From assembly GCA_951406725.2 (NCBI GenBank), contig OX597842.1:1178001-1242000 (forward strand): a stretch of 64,000 nt of DNA, read 5' to 3'. A program made the position numbers and the translations under genes. A model generated the notes under the pieces. It was given only the letters and a program-made list of their open reading frames with translations, searched no databases and had not been told where the DNA came from. This DNA comes from Octopus vulgaris (lineage: Eukaryota). This document shows, piece after piece, positions 25,655 to 39,718 of the stretch. Positions within the stretch are counted from its first letter, which is position 1. The number at the start of each line of letters is the position of its first letter.

Positions 25655-27101
25655 ATGTACACACATACACACATATATATATATATATTTTTTTTTACTT
25701 GTTTGAGTCATTTGACTGCGGCCATGCTGGAGCACCACCTTTAATCAAGCAACTCGACCCCGGGACTTATTCTTTGTAAGCCCAGTACTTATTCTATCGC
25801 TCTCTTTTGCCGAACCGCTAGGTGACGGTGACATAAACACACCAGCATCGGTTGTCAAGCGATGCTAGGGGAACAAACACAGACACACAAACACACATGC
25901 ACATATATATATATATATATATATACATATATACGACGGGCTTCTTTCAGTTTCCGTCTACCAAATTCACTCACAAGGCTTTGCTCAGTCCAAGGCTATA
26001 GTAGAAGACACTTGCCCAAGGTGCCACGCAGTGGGACTGAACCCGGAACAATGTGGTTGGTAAGCAAGCTACTTACCACACAGCCACTCCTATGCCTATA
26101 TATATGCACACATACAGAGAGGGTGAAAGAAAGAAACAAGGAAGACAGTGCATACATATACACCCAATCATATATATATGTATATGCCCACACCCTATAC
26201 TTTATATACACACACATAGACATATACAGTATATGTTTGTATGTGTGTGTGGCATATACATATATATATATAAATACACACACACACATGTGGAAACACA
26301 CATATATACACATACCTGTCATTCTCTCCCTGTCTCTTATTTGTCAGAATCTCTCCTACCCCTCTAAACCCTTTCTCTCTCCTCAAACTCCCTCCTCTCC
26401 CTTCCGCTCTCACCCCCCTTCCTTCTCCCTCTTCCTCTCTCCGTTCTACCTGTTAAAATATTCAACAATTGAATATTTCACCTCCAATTCCATCCGTGGC
26501 ATATCCGGACGCAAATATTTTCTTGTCGTACACCAGCCTCTACCCCCAACACGCATTCACATACACATGCACACACACATGTACAAATACACACACACAC
26601 ACACACACAAACATACAGATAATTATACATATATAAATATGCGCGTGTGTATGTGTGTGTACATACATACATACATACATATATACACATATATATATAT
26701 ACACACATATATATATATATATATATACATATACACACATATATATATACACATATATACACACACATATATATATATACACATATATATATATATACAC
26801 GTATATACACATATATATATATACATATATACACATATATATATATACATATATATATATACATATATACACACATATATAAACATATATACACATATAT
26901 ATATACATATATACACACATATATATATACATATATACACACATATATATACATATACATATACACACATATATATACATATACATATATACACATATAT
27001 ATACATATATACACATATATATATATACATATATATATATATACATATATACACACATATATACACATATATATGGGTATGTATGTATGTGTGTGTATGA
27101 A

Positions 27102-27132
<31 letters not shown>

Positions 27133-27465
27133 TATATATACACACAAGCACACACACATATATATATAGGCACACACACACACAAAATATGTATATAATC
27201 CCATATTGAAAGTGTGTGTGTGTTTATGTGGTATTTGCATGATTATGTGTATATGCGTGTTTGTCATAGAGTGAACATTTATGTGTGTATATGTGTGTGT
27301 GTCTGTGAGTGGGCGTGTATTAGTCACTTTCACTCAATCAGAAACATACACACACAAACACACACTCACACACACGGATACACACTAAAACACAATTGCA
27401 AGTATACACAATCACACACACACACACAGAGTTATACATAAACGCTTGCACTATGACAAGCCATT

Positions 27466-27497
<32 letters not shown>

Positions 27498-27509
27498 AAT
27501 ATATACACA

Positions 27510-27547
<38 letters not shown>

Positions 27548-29988
27548 AATATCCGCACTAAGAGAAGCACACCGCCAGATATACACCAACAAATACACAC
27601 ACTCTGTCTGTCTGTCTGACACACTCACTCTCTCTCACACACACACATACATACACACACGCACATGCTAAGACAAACCACTTGCTTATATACACCCACC
27701 CACACTCTTTCTCTTACACACACACACACACACACGCTCATACACAATCACAATTATATGTACACACACAAATATGCACCTTTACACAAACACACATAAA
27801 TGCATACATATAGACACACATACACACACAATCACACAAACATATCCCCCACACAATAAACACACACCCACGTACACACAATCACACACACACAGATATA
27901 CCCCACACACACAAATAATCGCACAAACACACATACACACATGCATAAACATTCATACACACACAAGCACACACACATACATAATCACAAGTATATGTAC
28001 ACACACAAATATGCACCTTTATGCAAACACACATAAATACATACATGTAGACACACATACACCAACACACATACACACACAAACATATCCCCACGCAATA
28101 AACACACACCCGCGTACACACACATATGCTCACACACACAGATATACCCACCTACACACACACACACACAAATAATCGCACAAACACACATACACATATA
28201 CATAAACATTCACACACACACAAACACACACACACACACATAATCACAAACATACATTCACCCACACATACAATCACACAAGCACACACAGACACAATCA
28301 CAAACACGCACACACATATAGCCACGAACACACACAAACACACACACATACAGCCTGTCACACACATACAATCTCTGTCACACACACACATACACACTCT
28401 CTCTCTCTCACACACATACACACACACTTTGAACCGGCCTGTTGTAAATTTTTGCTGAAAATGAATTTTTAAATAGTTTTCAAGATCACCATTAAAACTA
28501 TTATAAATATTTTATCACGAAACTGAAATTAATATTCCTTTAGTGACCCTCACCACCAACACCTCCACTACCGCTGTCATCAACCCCCACCACAACCACA
28601 ACCACCACCACCTCAACACCACCACCATCAAAAAAACAAAATACCACCAACACCAACACCTCTGCTATCACCATCACTACCACCACCACTGACAACACAT
28701 CAACTAAAATGACATCATGATCACCACCACTGCTATTACCATCAAAACCACCACCAACACCACAACTACCATCAGTGCCACCACTACCACCACCACCATC
28801 ATCAACACCTCATCTCATCTTTGTCTTCTGTTACCTTCATCTTGCTTCTCTACTCAACATCTAGCTTGCATATATATATTCATATTTTAAAATAGTGTAC
28901 ATTTAAACACAAAAGAAAACTACCTTTTAACAGGTAATTTTTACATGCTAGAAATAACAGCCAACACGGCCAAAACCACGATTTAATAGCAATTTTCGAA
29001 GTAAATGAAAAATAAAAACTTTTACCTTATTATTTTTATTAGCGGTTATACCATGGTTTCAAATTTCTTTAGCAAACAATATCATTTGCTATCTTTTAAT
29101 AGGTAATTTAGCAAAACAATATTATCCACCAGGCGAATTCTCATCAGTAACCAGCTTCAATAACTAACTTATAATTCAGAGACAAGATAACACGTGTCCT
29201 GTCATTAGATGTTATAATTTTTCAAAATTCTGCATGCAAGCATATTTACAGTCGGCAATGAATACAATGCCAAGCCAAATCTTTGAGAATGCTAAGAACA
29301 TATTCATAAGATACATATATAGGGTGGTGAATATTCATTATAAATATCACCACCACTGGACTAGGATGTATGAATAGTCAATAGACAACATATTCATATT
29401 TTAAAATAGTGTACATTTAAACACAAAAGAAAACTACCTTTTAACAGGTAATTTTAGCCACCAAGAATAATCTCTAATTCGAGCCTACCCTAAGCTACTA
29501 AGAATGCGTAAGGTAACTTGAAGATCCACCCACCACACGCGATAGACTGGCGGTTGCATGGGTGCGAAAGCTACGTTATTGTCCTCATTCCGTAAACGGT
29601 GGCTTTTAACGGGTGGAGAGCTGAACCATCCTGGGGTACAGAGGATTCGCAATCTAGACTAGGGTCTGAAAGTTTTACCACACCATAGTGGGTTACACCA
29701 TGGTTCCTCTGCTCTGTGGCAGAAGTAGGAGGAAAGAGTGATAGAAAGTTGGGGTGAAAGAGTACAGCGGGGTTCACCACCCACCCCCTTAGGTGTTTTT
29801 GCTCAATAAACACTCACAAATCTGCTGTTGTAGACGTAGCCATTAGGGAAGCTGCTAATGATGCTGTTGTTGTCGTTAGGGGTACTGCCATTGCTGTCCT
29901 CTTCTTCTTCCAATCAGGACTCACGTCATTAGCCACAAGGAATAATTTCTAATTCTATGTATATTACACAAGCAAGTCAGCTGTGACA

Positions 29989-31458
29989 TCATCATCATCA
30001 TCGTTCGACCGTGGTCGAGACAATGGAATTTACCATGCTACGCCAGACTTCACGGTCCATCATAGCATTACGGAGGTCCTGTTGCTGGATGCCTGTATCC
30101 CTGGAGATTACATCAAGGTAGGAGAGTGTGCGCCCTCTGGTATCGCAACCGTGGTCGAGACAATGGAATTTACCATGCTACGCCAGACTTCACGGTCCAT
30201 CATGGCATTACGGAGGTCCTGTTGCTGGATGCCTGTATCCCTGGAGATTACATCAAGGTAGGAGAGTGTGCGCCCTCTGGTATCGCAACCGTGGTCGAGA
30301 CAATGGAATTTACCATGCTACACCAGACTTCACGGTCCATCATAGCATTACGGAGGTCCTGTTGCTGGATGCCTGTATCCCTGGAGATTACACCAAGGTA
30401 GGAGAGTGTGCGCCCTCTGGTATCGCAACTGTGGTCGAGACAATGGAATTTACCATGCTACGCCAGACTTCACAGTCCATCATAGCATTACGGAGGTCCT
30501 GTTGCTGGATGCCTGTATCCCTGGAGATTACATCAGGGTAGGAGAGTGTGCGCCCTCTGGTATCGCAACCGTGGTCGAGACAATGGAATTTACCATGCTA
30601 CGCCTCACTTCACAGTCCATCATAGCATTACGGAGGTCCTGTTGCTGGATGCCTGTATCCCTGGAGATTACATCAAGGTAGGAGAGTGTGCGCCCTCTGG
30701 TATCGCAACCGTGGTCGAGACAATGGAATTTACCATGCTACGCCAGACTTCACGGTCCATCATGGCATTACGGAGGTCCTGTTGCTGGATGCCTGTATCC
30801 CTGGAGATTACACCAAGGTAGGAGAGTGTGCGCCCTCTGGTATCGCAACCGTGGTCGAGACAATGGAATTTACCATGCTACGCCAGACTTCACAGTCCAT
30901 CATAGCATTACGGAGGTCCTGTTGCTGGATGCCTGTATCCCTGGAGATTACATCAGGGTAGGAGAGTGTGCGCCCTCTGGTATCGCAACCGTGGTCGAGA
31001 CAATGGAATTTACCATGCTACGCCTCACTTCACAGTCCATCATAGCATTACGGAGGTCCTGTTGCTGGATGCCTGTATCCCTGGAGATTACATCAGGGTA
31101 GGAGAGTGTGCGCCCTCTGGTATTGCGAGTAGATGGCTTCCAGAGGAGAAGAGTAGAAATTACCTCTTTTTCAGCTCTACAACAATGTCCAGCAAACTGG
31201 ACTCTTCTACCTTTCACAAGAGATGACACAGGTGGTAGTTCCCCATATATTTGCATTTTGGTTGGATGACGCTTCCACAAGAGATTTTGAGCTCTCATAA
31301 GGAGGCGAGTGTAGGTTCCATCCAACCGCCTCTCAAGCTTCTTTGATAACGTCCAGGTTTCTGAGCCATATAGTAGAATTGGTTCGACTGTGGCTTTGAA
31401 GATTTCAAGTTTGAAGTCTCTACTTAGATTTGATGATCAGATCTTATGCATGTCATTA
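29989..31458 (-). mobile_element. 5'-truncated RTE-clade LINE with (GAT)n tail and 11-bp TSD
   Basis: Translation DGTYTRLLMRAQNLLWKRHPTKMQIYGELPPVSSLVKGRRVQFAGHCCR...LLLW (RTE ORF C-terminus); TSD CAGCTGTGACA at 29978-29988 and 31459-31469. Confidence 0.9.
30008..31127. repeat. Tandem array, 8 x 140 bp, made of the LINE's terminal coding segment
   Basis: Units start at 30008, 30148, 30288, 30428, 30568, 30708, 30848 and 30988; near-identical. Confidence 0.95.
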
Positions 31459-31529
31459 CAGCTGTGACAAGTAGGGTTCAAAAATTCTGTTATAACTGTC
31501 CCCTTCAATCTGGAATAACAAAATTTGGC

Positions 31530-31875
31530 AGGTCAGCTTATTAGATGTATTGTAGGAACACTCCGTCAGTTACGACGACGAGGGTCCCAGCTGATACGAT
31601 CAACGGAACAGCCTACTCATGAAATTAACATGCAAGTGTCTGAGCACTCCACAGACACACGTACCCCTAATGTAGTTCTCAGGGAGATTCAGCATGACAC
31701 AAAGTGTGACAAGGTCGGCCCTTTGAAAAACAGGTACTACTCATTTTTGCCAGCTGAGTGGACTGGAGCAATGTGAAATAAAGTGTCTTGCTCAAGGACA
31801 CAATGCGTTGCCAGGAATTGAACTCACAACCTTACAATCGTGAGCCGAATGTCTTAACCACTAAGCCATGCACCT
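31530..31875 (-). mobile_element. tRNA-derived SINE (fourth family); head fragment also at ~61180-61340
   Basis: Minus strand TGGCTTAGTGGTTAAG...GAGTTCAATTCC, then TGTGTCCTTGAGCAAGACACTT (V-domain-like start). Confidence 0.75.
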
Positions 31876-32299
31876 GTATACTCTTTACTCTTTTACTTGT
31901 TTCAGTCATTTGACTGTGGCCATGCTGGAGTACCGCCTTTAGTCGAGCAATTCAACCCCGGGACTTATTCTTTGTTAGCCCAGTACTTATTCTATCGATC
32001 TCTTTTGCCAAACCGCTAAGTGACGGGGACGAAAACACACCAGCATCGGTTGTCAAGCAATGCTAGGGGGACAAACACAGACACACAAACACACACACGC
32101 ATATATATATATACATATATACGACGGGCTTCTTTCAGTTTCCGTCTACCAAATCCACTCACAAGGCATTGGTCGGCCCGGGGCTATAGCAGAAGACACT
32201 TGCCCAAGATGCCACGCAGTGGGACTGAACCCGGAACCATGTGGTTGGTTAGCAAGCTACTTACCACACAGCCACTCCTGCGCCTATAGTAATCATATA

Positions 32300-32665
32300 C
32301 TAAAATTATAATAATCTAGGACAGCTACAACTGCATCTTCTAAAAGAGTCTCACCACTTGTGGAATGCACTTCATAGAGCTATCTACGAACAGGAGACAG
32401 CTACTAAAATATCTGATCAGCCAGAGAGATATAAATGGCTCTTGACCTCCCTGCTGTGATGGAAAATGTCGATTATGCCATAGAAATGCGAAAGATATCA
32501 ACCATATCACCAGCAGCTGTCTAAAAATATCTGAAAAATATGATTTTCCCATGAGATATGACACTGTCACAAAAACAATCTATAATGTTATGTGCAGAAA
32601 GGATTGTCCTGACAACCATATGAAAGGTACAGCAGGACCAGAAATTATTTACTCCATTAAACATA
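32300..32665 (+). pseudogene. RLE-type non-LTR fragment with CCHC zinc knuckle
   Basis: Translation ...CDGKCRLCHRNAKDINHITSSCLKISEKY..MRYDTVTKTIYN follows the CX2CX8HX4C pattern found upstream of RLE domains. Confidence 0.7.
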
Positions 32666-32739
32666 AATGTTGCACTGCTAACACAGGTAGGAGATAATAT
32701 TTATCTAAACCTTTAATACACTTGGTAGCATCAAAGCGA

Positions 32740-33150
32740 AGAGCTGGCAGAAACGTTAGCACACCGGGCGAAATGCGTTGCCATATTTTGTCTGTCATTA
32801 CGTTCCAAGTTCAAATTCCGCCAAGGTCGACTTTGCCTTTCCTCCTTTCGGGGTCGATAAATTAAGTACCAGTTACGCACTGGGGTCGATGTAATTGACT
32901 TAATCCCTTTGTCTGTCCTTGTTTGTCCTCTCTGTGTTTAGCCCTTTGTAGGCAGTAAAGAAATAGGTATTTCGTCTGCCGCTACGTTCTGAGTTCAAAT
33001 TCCGCCGAGGTCGACTTTGCCTTTCATCCTTTCGGGGTCGATAAATTAAGTACCAGTTACGCACTGGGGTCGATGTAATTGACTTAATCCCTTTGTCTGT
33101 CCTTGTTTGTCCCCTCTGTGTTTAGCCCTTTGTGGGTAGTAAAGAAAGAA
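32740..33150 (+). mobile_element. SINE-B tandem dimer; other SINE-B copies at 5210-5405, 37765-37910, 41645-41830, 51825-52165, 58190-58400
   Basis: Two consecutive GAGTTCAAATTCCGCC...GGGGTCGATAAATTAAGTACC units. Confidence 0.85.
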
Positions 33151-33779
33151 ATACACTTGGTAGCATATTATGGTTGTATAATGAAATACAGGGTCTCTAC
33201 AGGTCATTAGTATTTATGTACCAGTTTCCAAAAATGTGTTTAATATGTAAAATTGATACATCCAATATGTTACATTGCTATTTCCATCACTTGTTAAGGT
33301 TATCTTTACAGATTTGCGATAGAAATTCTAGCCAGCCCTGATTTGTTACAATGTTTCATATCTGAATACATCGAATTGGAAAACTAAGTAATATTGTATA
33401 TACATATTTTAGAGGGTCTTGCTCTTTTATCAGCACCCAGCAAATCCATTATCCATCGATGGACTCAGGTGCTTATATGTGCCACCGGCATGAGGGTCAT
33501 TCAGGCGGTACTAGCAATGGCCATACTCAAATGTTGTTTTTTACATGCCACCTGCACAGGAGCCAGCCCAGCTGCACTGGCAATGCCCTCACTCGAATGT
33601 TTTTTCACATGCCACTGGCACAAGTGCCAGTGAGGTGGCGCTGGTAATGATCATGCTCGAATGATGATTTTTACGTGCCACCGGCATGGAAGCCACTCAG
33701 CTGCTCTGGCAATGATCATGCTCGGATGGTACTCTTAGTGCTCTACTAGCACGGATGCCAGTCATCGAATTTCATTTCG

Positions 33780-34398
33780 ATTTCACTTGCCTCAACAGGT
33801 CTTCGCGAGCAGAAATTAGTGTCCAATGAAGGAAAGGTACACATAGTGGGCTGGTTACACCCCTGGCATAGACCTAGCATATGGTTTCACTTGGCTTGTT
33901 GGGTCTTCTCAACCACAGCATATTTCCAAAAGTCTTGATCACAAGTCATTGCCTCGGTGAGGCCTAATGTTCGAAGGTCGGACTTCACCACTTCATCCCA
34001 GGTCTTCCTGGGTCTACCTCATTCCATAGGTTCCCTCAACCACTAGGGTATCGCACTTTTCACAGAGCTATCCTCATCCATTCTCGCCACATGACCATAC
34101 CAGCAGAGTCGTCTCTCTTGCACACCACATCTGATGCTTCTTAGGTCCAACCTTTCTCTCAAAGCACTAACACTCTGTTGAGTATGCACATTGATATTAC
34201 ACATCCATCGGATCATACTGGCTTCATTCCTTTCAAGGTTATGCATGTCCTCAGCAGTCACGGCCCACATTTCACTGCCATGTAGCATAGCTGTTCGTAC
34301 ACTTGCATCATACAGTCTACCTTTTACTCTGAGTGAGAGGCCTCTTGTCACCAGCAGAGGTAAGAGCTCTCTGAACTTTGCCCAGGCTATTCTTATTC
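33780..34398 (-). pseudogene. RTE (BovB-like) LINE 3' fragment
   Basis: LSLRVKGRLYDASVRTAMLHGSEMWAVT...RRLCWYGHVARMDED, then GRPRKTWDEVVKSDLRTLGLTEAMT in a shifted frame. Confidence 0.9.
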
Positions 34399-34953
34399 TA
34401 GATTCTTACAAACACCAAATAGATAGTTAACTTGCTTTATGACCATGAGTGCATCAAACCTCACATGTGCATATACTCACATTTTCGCAGATGCTTGTAT
34501 GAGTGAGTGTACTTGCGCCATGCAGCTTGCCCAAGGGTGTTTATACATACATATCTGTTAACAGTTACTTTTAATACTTTCCTCACTGGATTGAGTGTTC
34601 GTTTTTCTTTTTTTCCATCTGTGATTTTATTTTTGATCTTCTGTATAAATGAAGATATTTCCGCCGTCTGGCTGATTTTCTGTCTACAATGCAACAAGTT
34701 ACATTGCAGAACTGTTATTCTAACAAGTTGGATCAATTTATCCCCTGACGAGATACATCTACACTGCCAGATGCTCCTAAACCAGTTGTAGAGTATCCCA
34801 CTGATGAGGGATTGATACTAGATGTGTCGAAACAATTGTTTTGATTAATAATAAATTCTCATATATTCCATCTTCCATTTGCCTTATATACGTAACAAAC
34901 ACTGTGAAAGCGACCGTGCTTTACTAGCAAGGTACCAGGTGTAAACCATTCCT

Positions 34954-35015
<62 letters not shown>

Positions 35016-36994
35016 GCAGTGCCATGGCCAATGAGGTAAATCTGAGGCGTGGTTATTGCTAGTTGAAAATATATATATACATGCAACCATTCATCATCAT
35101 CATCATCATCGTTTAGTGTCCGTTTTCCATGCTAGCATGGGTTGGACGGTTCTACTGGGGTCTGTGAAGCCAGAAGGCTTCATCAGGCCCAGTCAAATCT
35201 GGCAGTGTTTCTATGGCTGGATGCCCTTCCTAACGCCAACCACTCCGTGAGTGTAGTGGGTGCTTTTTACGTGCCACCCGCACAGGTGCCAGACAGAGCT
35301 GGCAAATGGCCACGAACGGATGGTGCTTTTTATGTGCCACCGGCACGTATATATATATAATACATGCAAGCGAAGCCATGATCGCAGGTTGCACCTGGGT
35401 GTCAGGCCGAAAAACTGCTTTCGGCAGCTGTCGTGTCTTCACGGTGTCACCGCCGTCCACTCGGCTGGTCCAGGGTGGTACACCTACTCTCACCCCCCGG
35501 TCACGACAATACGGTCAGCCTTCAGCATTGGTCGCAGCATAATTATTAGAGCGAGGCAGACGCATACAGCCCATCGCCGCAGCCACTGCACTGTGCATGC
35601 GGGTCTAAGTGTGTGGTGGCTTCATGCCCTCCAGCGGTGGTGCATCAGCATGGCCACAGCACTGAACTGAAATTACAAGAAATATATATATATATATATA
35701 CACACATACATAGCAATATATATATATATATACATACACATATATATGTACAATATATATATAAATTCATACAGGCATAGCTACATACCTATACATACCT
35801 ACATACATACATATATATACATATATACATACACACACATGTATGTATATGTATGTATGTACGTATGTGTGTATATATTTATGAGTGTGTGTTCATAACG
35901 GTATATTATATACATATTCATCAATGCCAAGAATAGTTTCAATAAAGCATTCAACACGTCCCTTCTGTCTCCCCCTCAATTCACTTCCCGTTCAAACAGA
36001 GCTAATTTTATGCATTCTTTACAGCTTATTATAACGAATTACAGCCTAATAATGTCACTTAAAAATATCATTTATAGCTCTTTCTCTGATTATTGAAAAC
36101 TAATTCAAATTTTATAAAATTATTTATGTTACTAAATTCAGTTTTATTCCCTGTATTGAAAAATAAAAGTAAAATATAAACTTAACTTATTGAGCTATCT
36201 CTAAAATAACTTCGTAAATGGTGGGGGAAAATCAATAATCACCTTAGATGTACACATAATTATAAGGTGCTTAACGAGTAGATCGTTTTATTAATTATAA
36301 AACTAACAAACAGTTTGAATTTTCTGATCGATTCTAGCTGTTGATGTAATGACCTCAAACGATTGATACGTCGACTCATTTGTTGCCTGCAGTCTAGCAA
36401 ATGCACACATACATGTATAGATGCACTTTTAGTATGTCTTTTGTTCTGTTGTTCTGGTTTCTCTAAAAGCAGCAAAGCTACGAGTTCAATTCACTCTAAG
36501 GTCAACCTGACATTTCCTTCCTCCAGGGTCAATAAAATAGAATTTTTGCCAAATGTACAGCTGTGGCTGCATGGTAGAAAGTTTGCTTCCCAACTACATG
36601 GTTCCAGGTTCAGTCCTGCTGTATGGCTCCTTGGCCAAATTTCTTCTACTATAATCCTGGGCTGAACAAAACCTTATGAGTGGATTTGGTAGACAGAAAT
36701 TGGAAGAAGCAACTCCCTATTTTAAAATACTTATAAATTATGTATTTATTGGAAATTTTTTCTCAAAACTTTTGTTCGTTTGTTTTTTTAAATATAAATA
36801 AAACCTCAAACCAAAAGCCTTCCTCTCATATCCATTTGTTAGTAAAAATTACTATAGTGAATCTTGCATGCTAGAAGTGGATTTGATCCACCACAGCCAA
36901 ATTTAAATTAACACTGCTACAGAACTTTTAACAGAACTTACAGAACATACATGTATGTATGTATGTATGTATGTATGTATGTATGTATGTATGT

Positions 36995-37025
<31 letters not shown>

Positions 37026-37164
37026 CATATGTAATGTATGTATGTATGCATGCATGCATGCATGCATGTATGTATGTATGTATTTATTTATGTATGTATG
37101 TATGTATGTATGTATGCATGCATGCATGTATGTATGCATGTATGTACGTATGTATGTATGCACG

Positions 37165-37198
<34 letters not shown>

Positions 37199-38168
37199 TG
37201 CACGTATGTATGTATGTATGTATGTACGTATGTATGTATGTATATTATGTATGTATGCATATGTATGTATGTATGTATTTATGTATGTATGTATGTACGT
37301 ATGTATGTATGTATGTAAGTATGTATGTATGTATGTATGTATGTATGTATGTATGTATGCATGCATGTATGTATATGTGTGTGTGTCTGTCCCACCACCA
37401 CCACCACCAGTGCTTTCCACCAATGTTGGTGCGTTTGCATCCCAGTAATTTAACTGTTCGGCAGAAGAGACTGATAGAATAAGCACCAGGCTTACAGGGA
37501 ATAAGTCCAGGGGTCAATTTCTTTGACTAAAGGGTGGTGCTCAAGCATGGCCACCATCAAATGACTGAAACAAGTAAAAGAATAAAAGAATACCAGAATA
37601 CCGTTCCATACCACTAAACCAAGAAGGTTCTTTGAATATGTACGATGTATTCTAAGGTTAAATAGTAATTCCATTTATGTTTGTGTAACTGAGATATTTT
37701 GGTTGGATTATATAGTCATTGGTGTTACATTACTTTCTACATTCTGTAATTATCACAATATACTTTCTAGGCCTGAAATGTTTGAGGAAGGAGGCCAGTC
37801 GATTAGATCAACCCCAGTACACAACTGGTACTTAATTTATTGAGCCTCAAAGGACGAAAGGTAAAGTTGACCTCGGCAGAATTTGAACTCAGAACATAAA
37901 GACAGATGATCATAATATACAAACATTTCTCATGGCACCAGTACACTGTTTACACATGCTTATATTTTTAATGTTTTACATGAATTTTTCATGGGTCCAG
38001 CTAGTTATTATCATTATTACCACCACCACCATCATCATCACCTTTTTTGGTTTTCCACGAGCCCTTTTGATCGGAATTCGACCCATTTTTTTTTCCTTCT
38101 TTTCTTCCCAAAAAGAAAAGCTCTACTTTGTATTTTGTCCCTTCTGAAAGAAGCCCATCATATATATG

Positions 38169-38200
<32 letters not shown>

Positions 38201-38475
38201 TAGATAGATAGATATATATATATATACATATATATATATATGTATATGTTTGTGCATATGTTTGTGTATCTGTATTTGTCCCCCTAACACCGCTTGACAA
38301 CAGATGCTAGTGTGTTTATGTCCCTGTAACTTAGCGGTTCGGTAAAAGAGACCAATAGAATAAGTACTAGGGTTACAAAAAATAAGTCCTCGGGTTGATT
38401 TGCTCGACTAAAGGCTGTGCTCCAGCACGGCCACAGTCAAATGACTGAAACAAGTAAAAGAGTAAAAGAGTAAAG

Positions 38476-38506
<31 letters not shown>

Positions 38507-38624
38507 TTATAAATGAGGGTGAAAAATTGATATTAATTTAATAATACCATTAATTTAACACCAAGTGGCTTAGCATGTAAAACTAGGGAGATAATACAAA
38601 TTTATACATAAATTATTAGAGAGT

Positions 38625-38700
<76 letters not shown>

Positions 38701-38941
38701 TACTCGCATAGCAAGTGATTTGATCTGAGATCGTGTGCTGAAACGAAAACAATTGTAGCGTGGAAGGTGTTTGTAAGCCATTTAAGAAACACACAACGGA
38801 TTTTAGCGACGAAAATATTTTGGCAAATTAAACTTAAATGTTGAAGTGAATCGAACGGCTTTTGTGTGTTTCTTAAATGGCTTATAAACACCTTCCACGC
38901 TGCAATTGTTTTATATATATATATATATATATATTTTACTC

Positions 38942-39200
38942 TGTCTGGGAAGAGTCATTCTCTTTTCATGCCTTATTATTTGACACACCAGTTCGATTTC
39001 CACACACTTATTTATTTTTTTCTAAAATTTTCGTTGCATCTTACAACCTTTTCAATAGTCATTGACTTTTGAAAAGACTACTGAAAAGATTCCAAGACGC
39101 ATGGAATGTTTCAGAAAATATAAATAAGTAAATGAGTGGAAATTTTACCGGTGAGTGTGTTAAATTATAAGGCACAAAAAGAAAATGACTCTCCCCAGAC
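38942..39200. mobile_element. Fold-back element; single arm also at 48198-48327
   Basis: TGTCTGGGGAAGAGTCATT... is mirrored by ...AATGACTCTCCCCAGACA. Confidence 0.75.
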
Positions 39201-39674
39201 ACAACAAAATATGCTTCAACACACGAACTCATATAAAGAATCTTGTAAACCAAATCCAAAAACGAAATACACACACACACATATACTCTTTTACTCTTTT
39301 ACTTGTTTCAGTCATTTGACTGTGGCCATGCTGGAGCACCGCCTTTAGCTGAGCAAATCGACCCCGAGACTTATTCTTTGTAAGCCCAGTACTTATTTTA
39401 TTGGTCTCTTTTGCTGAACCACTAAGTGACGGGGACGTAAACACACCAGCATTGGTTGTCAAGCAATGCTAGGGGGACAAACACACACACACAAACGCAT
39501 ATATATATTTATACAATGGGCTTCTTTCAGTTTCCGTCGACCAAATCCACTCACAAGGCTTTGGTCGGCCCGGGGCTATAGCAGAAGACACTTGCCCAAG
39601 GTGCAACGCAGTGGTACTGAACCCGGAACTATGTGGTTGGTAGACAAGCTACTTACCACACAGCCACTCCTGCA

Positions 39675-39718
<44 letters not shown>

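Noticed and set aside
25862-27100. 412-aa ORF (longest in window)
   Set aside because: Composed of SINE-A plus (TA/CA)n microsatellite; the YI/HT dipeptide runs are artefacts.
30008-31127. Cluster of repeated 91/137-aa ORFs as a gene family
   Set aside because: They are antisense or shifted translations of a 140-bp tandem repeat derived from an RTE end.
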